From a virus (taxonomy: Duplodnaviria > Caudoviricetes), in IMG/VR virus record IMGVR_UViG_3300021978_000001, positions 64,001 through 128,000 of that record: 64,000 bases of DNA, one strand, 5' to 3'. Positions 63,956-64,000 of this stretch are shown here, piece by piece (positions within the stretch are counted from its first letter, which is position 1; each line of letters begins with the position of its first letter). A model generated the notes under the pieces. The model was not told where the DNA came from. It ran no database searches and saw nothing but the letters and a program-made list of their open reading frames with translations. The translations under genes were made by a program, and so were the position numbers.

Positions 63956-64000
63956 AGCATTTTCTTCCTGAACCGGGCAAAAAGTTCGATCGGAGTGCAT

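Noticed and set aside
30310-64000. cas, reverse transcriptase (DGR/retron), integrase or TROVE/Rsr genes
   Set aside because: No recognisable motifs in any ORF in this window; they may lie outside it.

Overview
This is a 64-kb segment of a GC-rich jumbo-phage-like genome; almost all genes lie on the minus strand. From left to right it holds: (1) a SNF2-type helicase with two LAGLIDADG inteins, running off the left edge and missing from the ORF track; (2) a membrane/lysis-like cassette containing a complete two-component system; (3) about 24 kb of large virion tail/baseplate genes; (4) an accessory 'early' region (30-59 kb) of short cassettes behind at least 11 near-identical sigma70-like promoters, encoding orphan antitoxins, vWA, radical SAM, AlkB, two Pth2-like proteins and an NTase; (5) a tRNA/ncRNA cluster. 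Three RNA-level systems stand out. (a) A multi-copy family of 80-147 nt RNAs, four of which carry a circularly permuted tRNA module (T arm, then loop-closed acceptor stem, then D arm) on a conserved bulged terminal helix, resembling YrlA/Y RNAs. (b) An amber (CUA) suppressor tRNA about 2 kb from a Pth2-like gene whose third codon is TAG, in a window where TAG is almost absent as a stop. (c) A cas-less type I-E mini-array plus six further I-E repeat copies interleaved with tRNA genes. All calls were made by eye; no database searches or folding programs were run.
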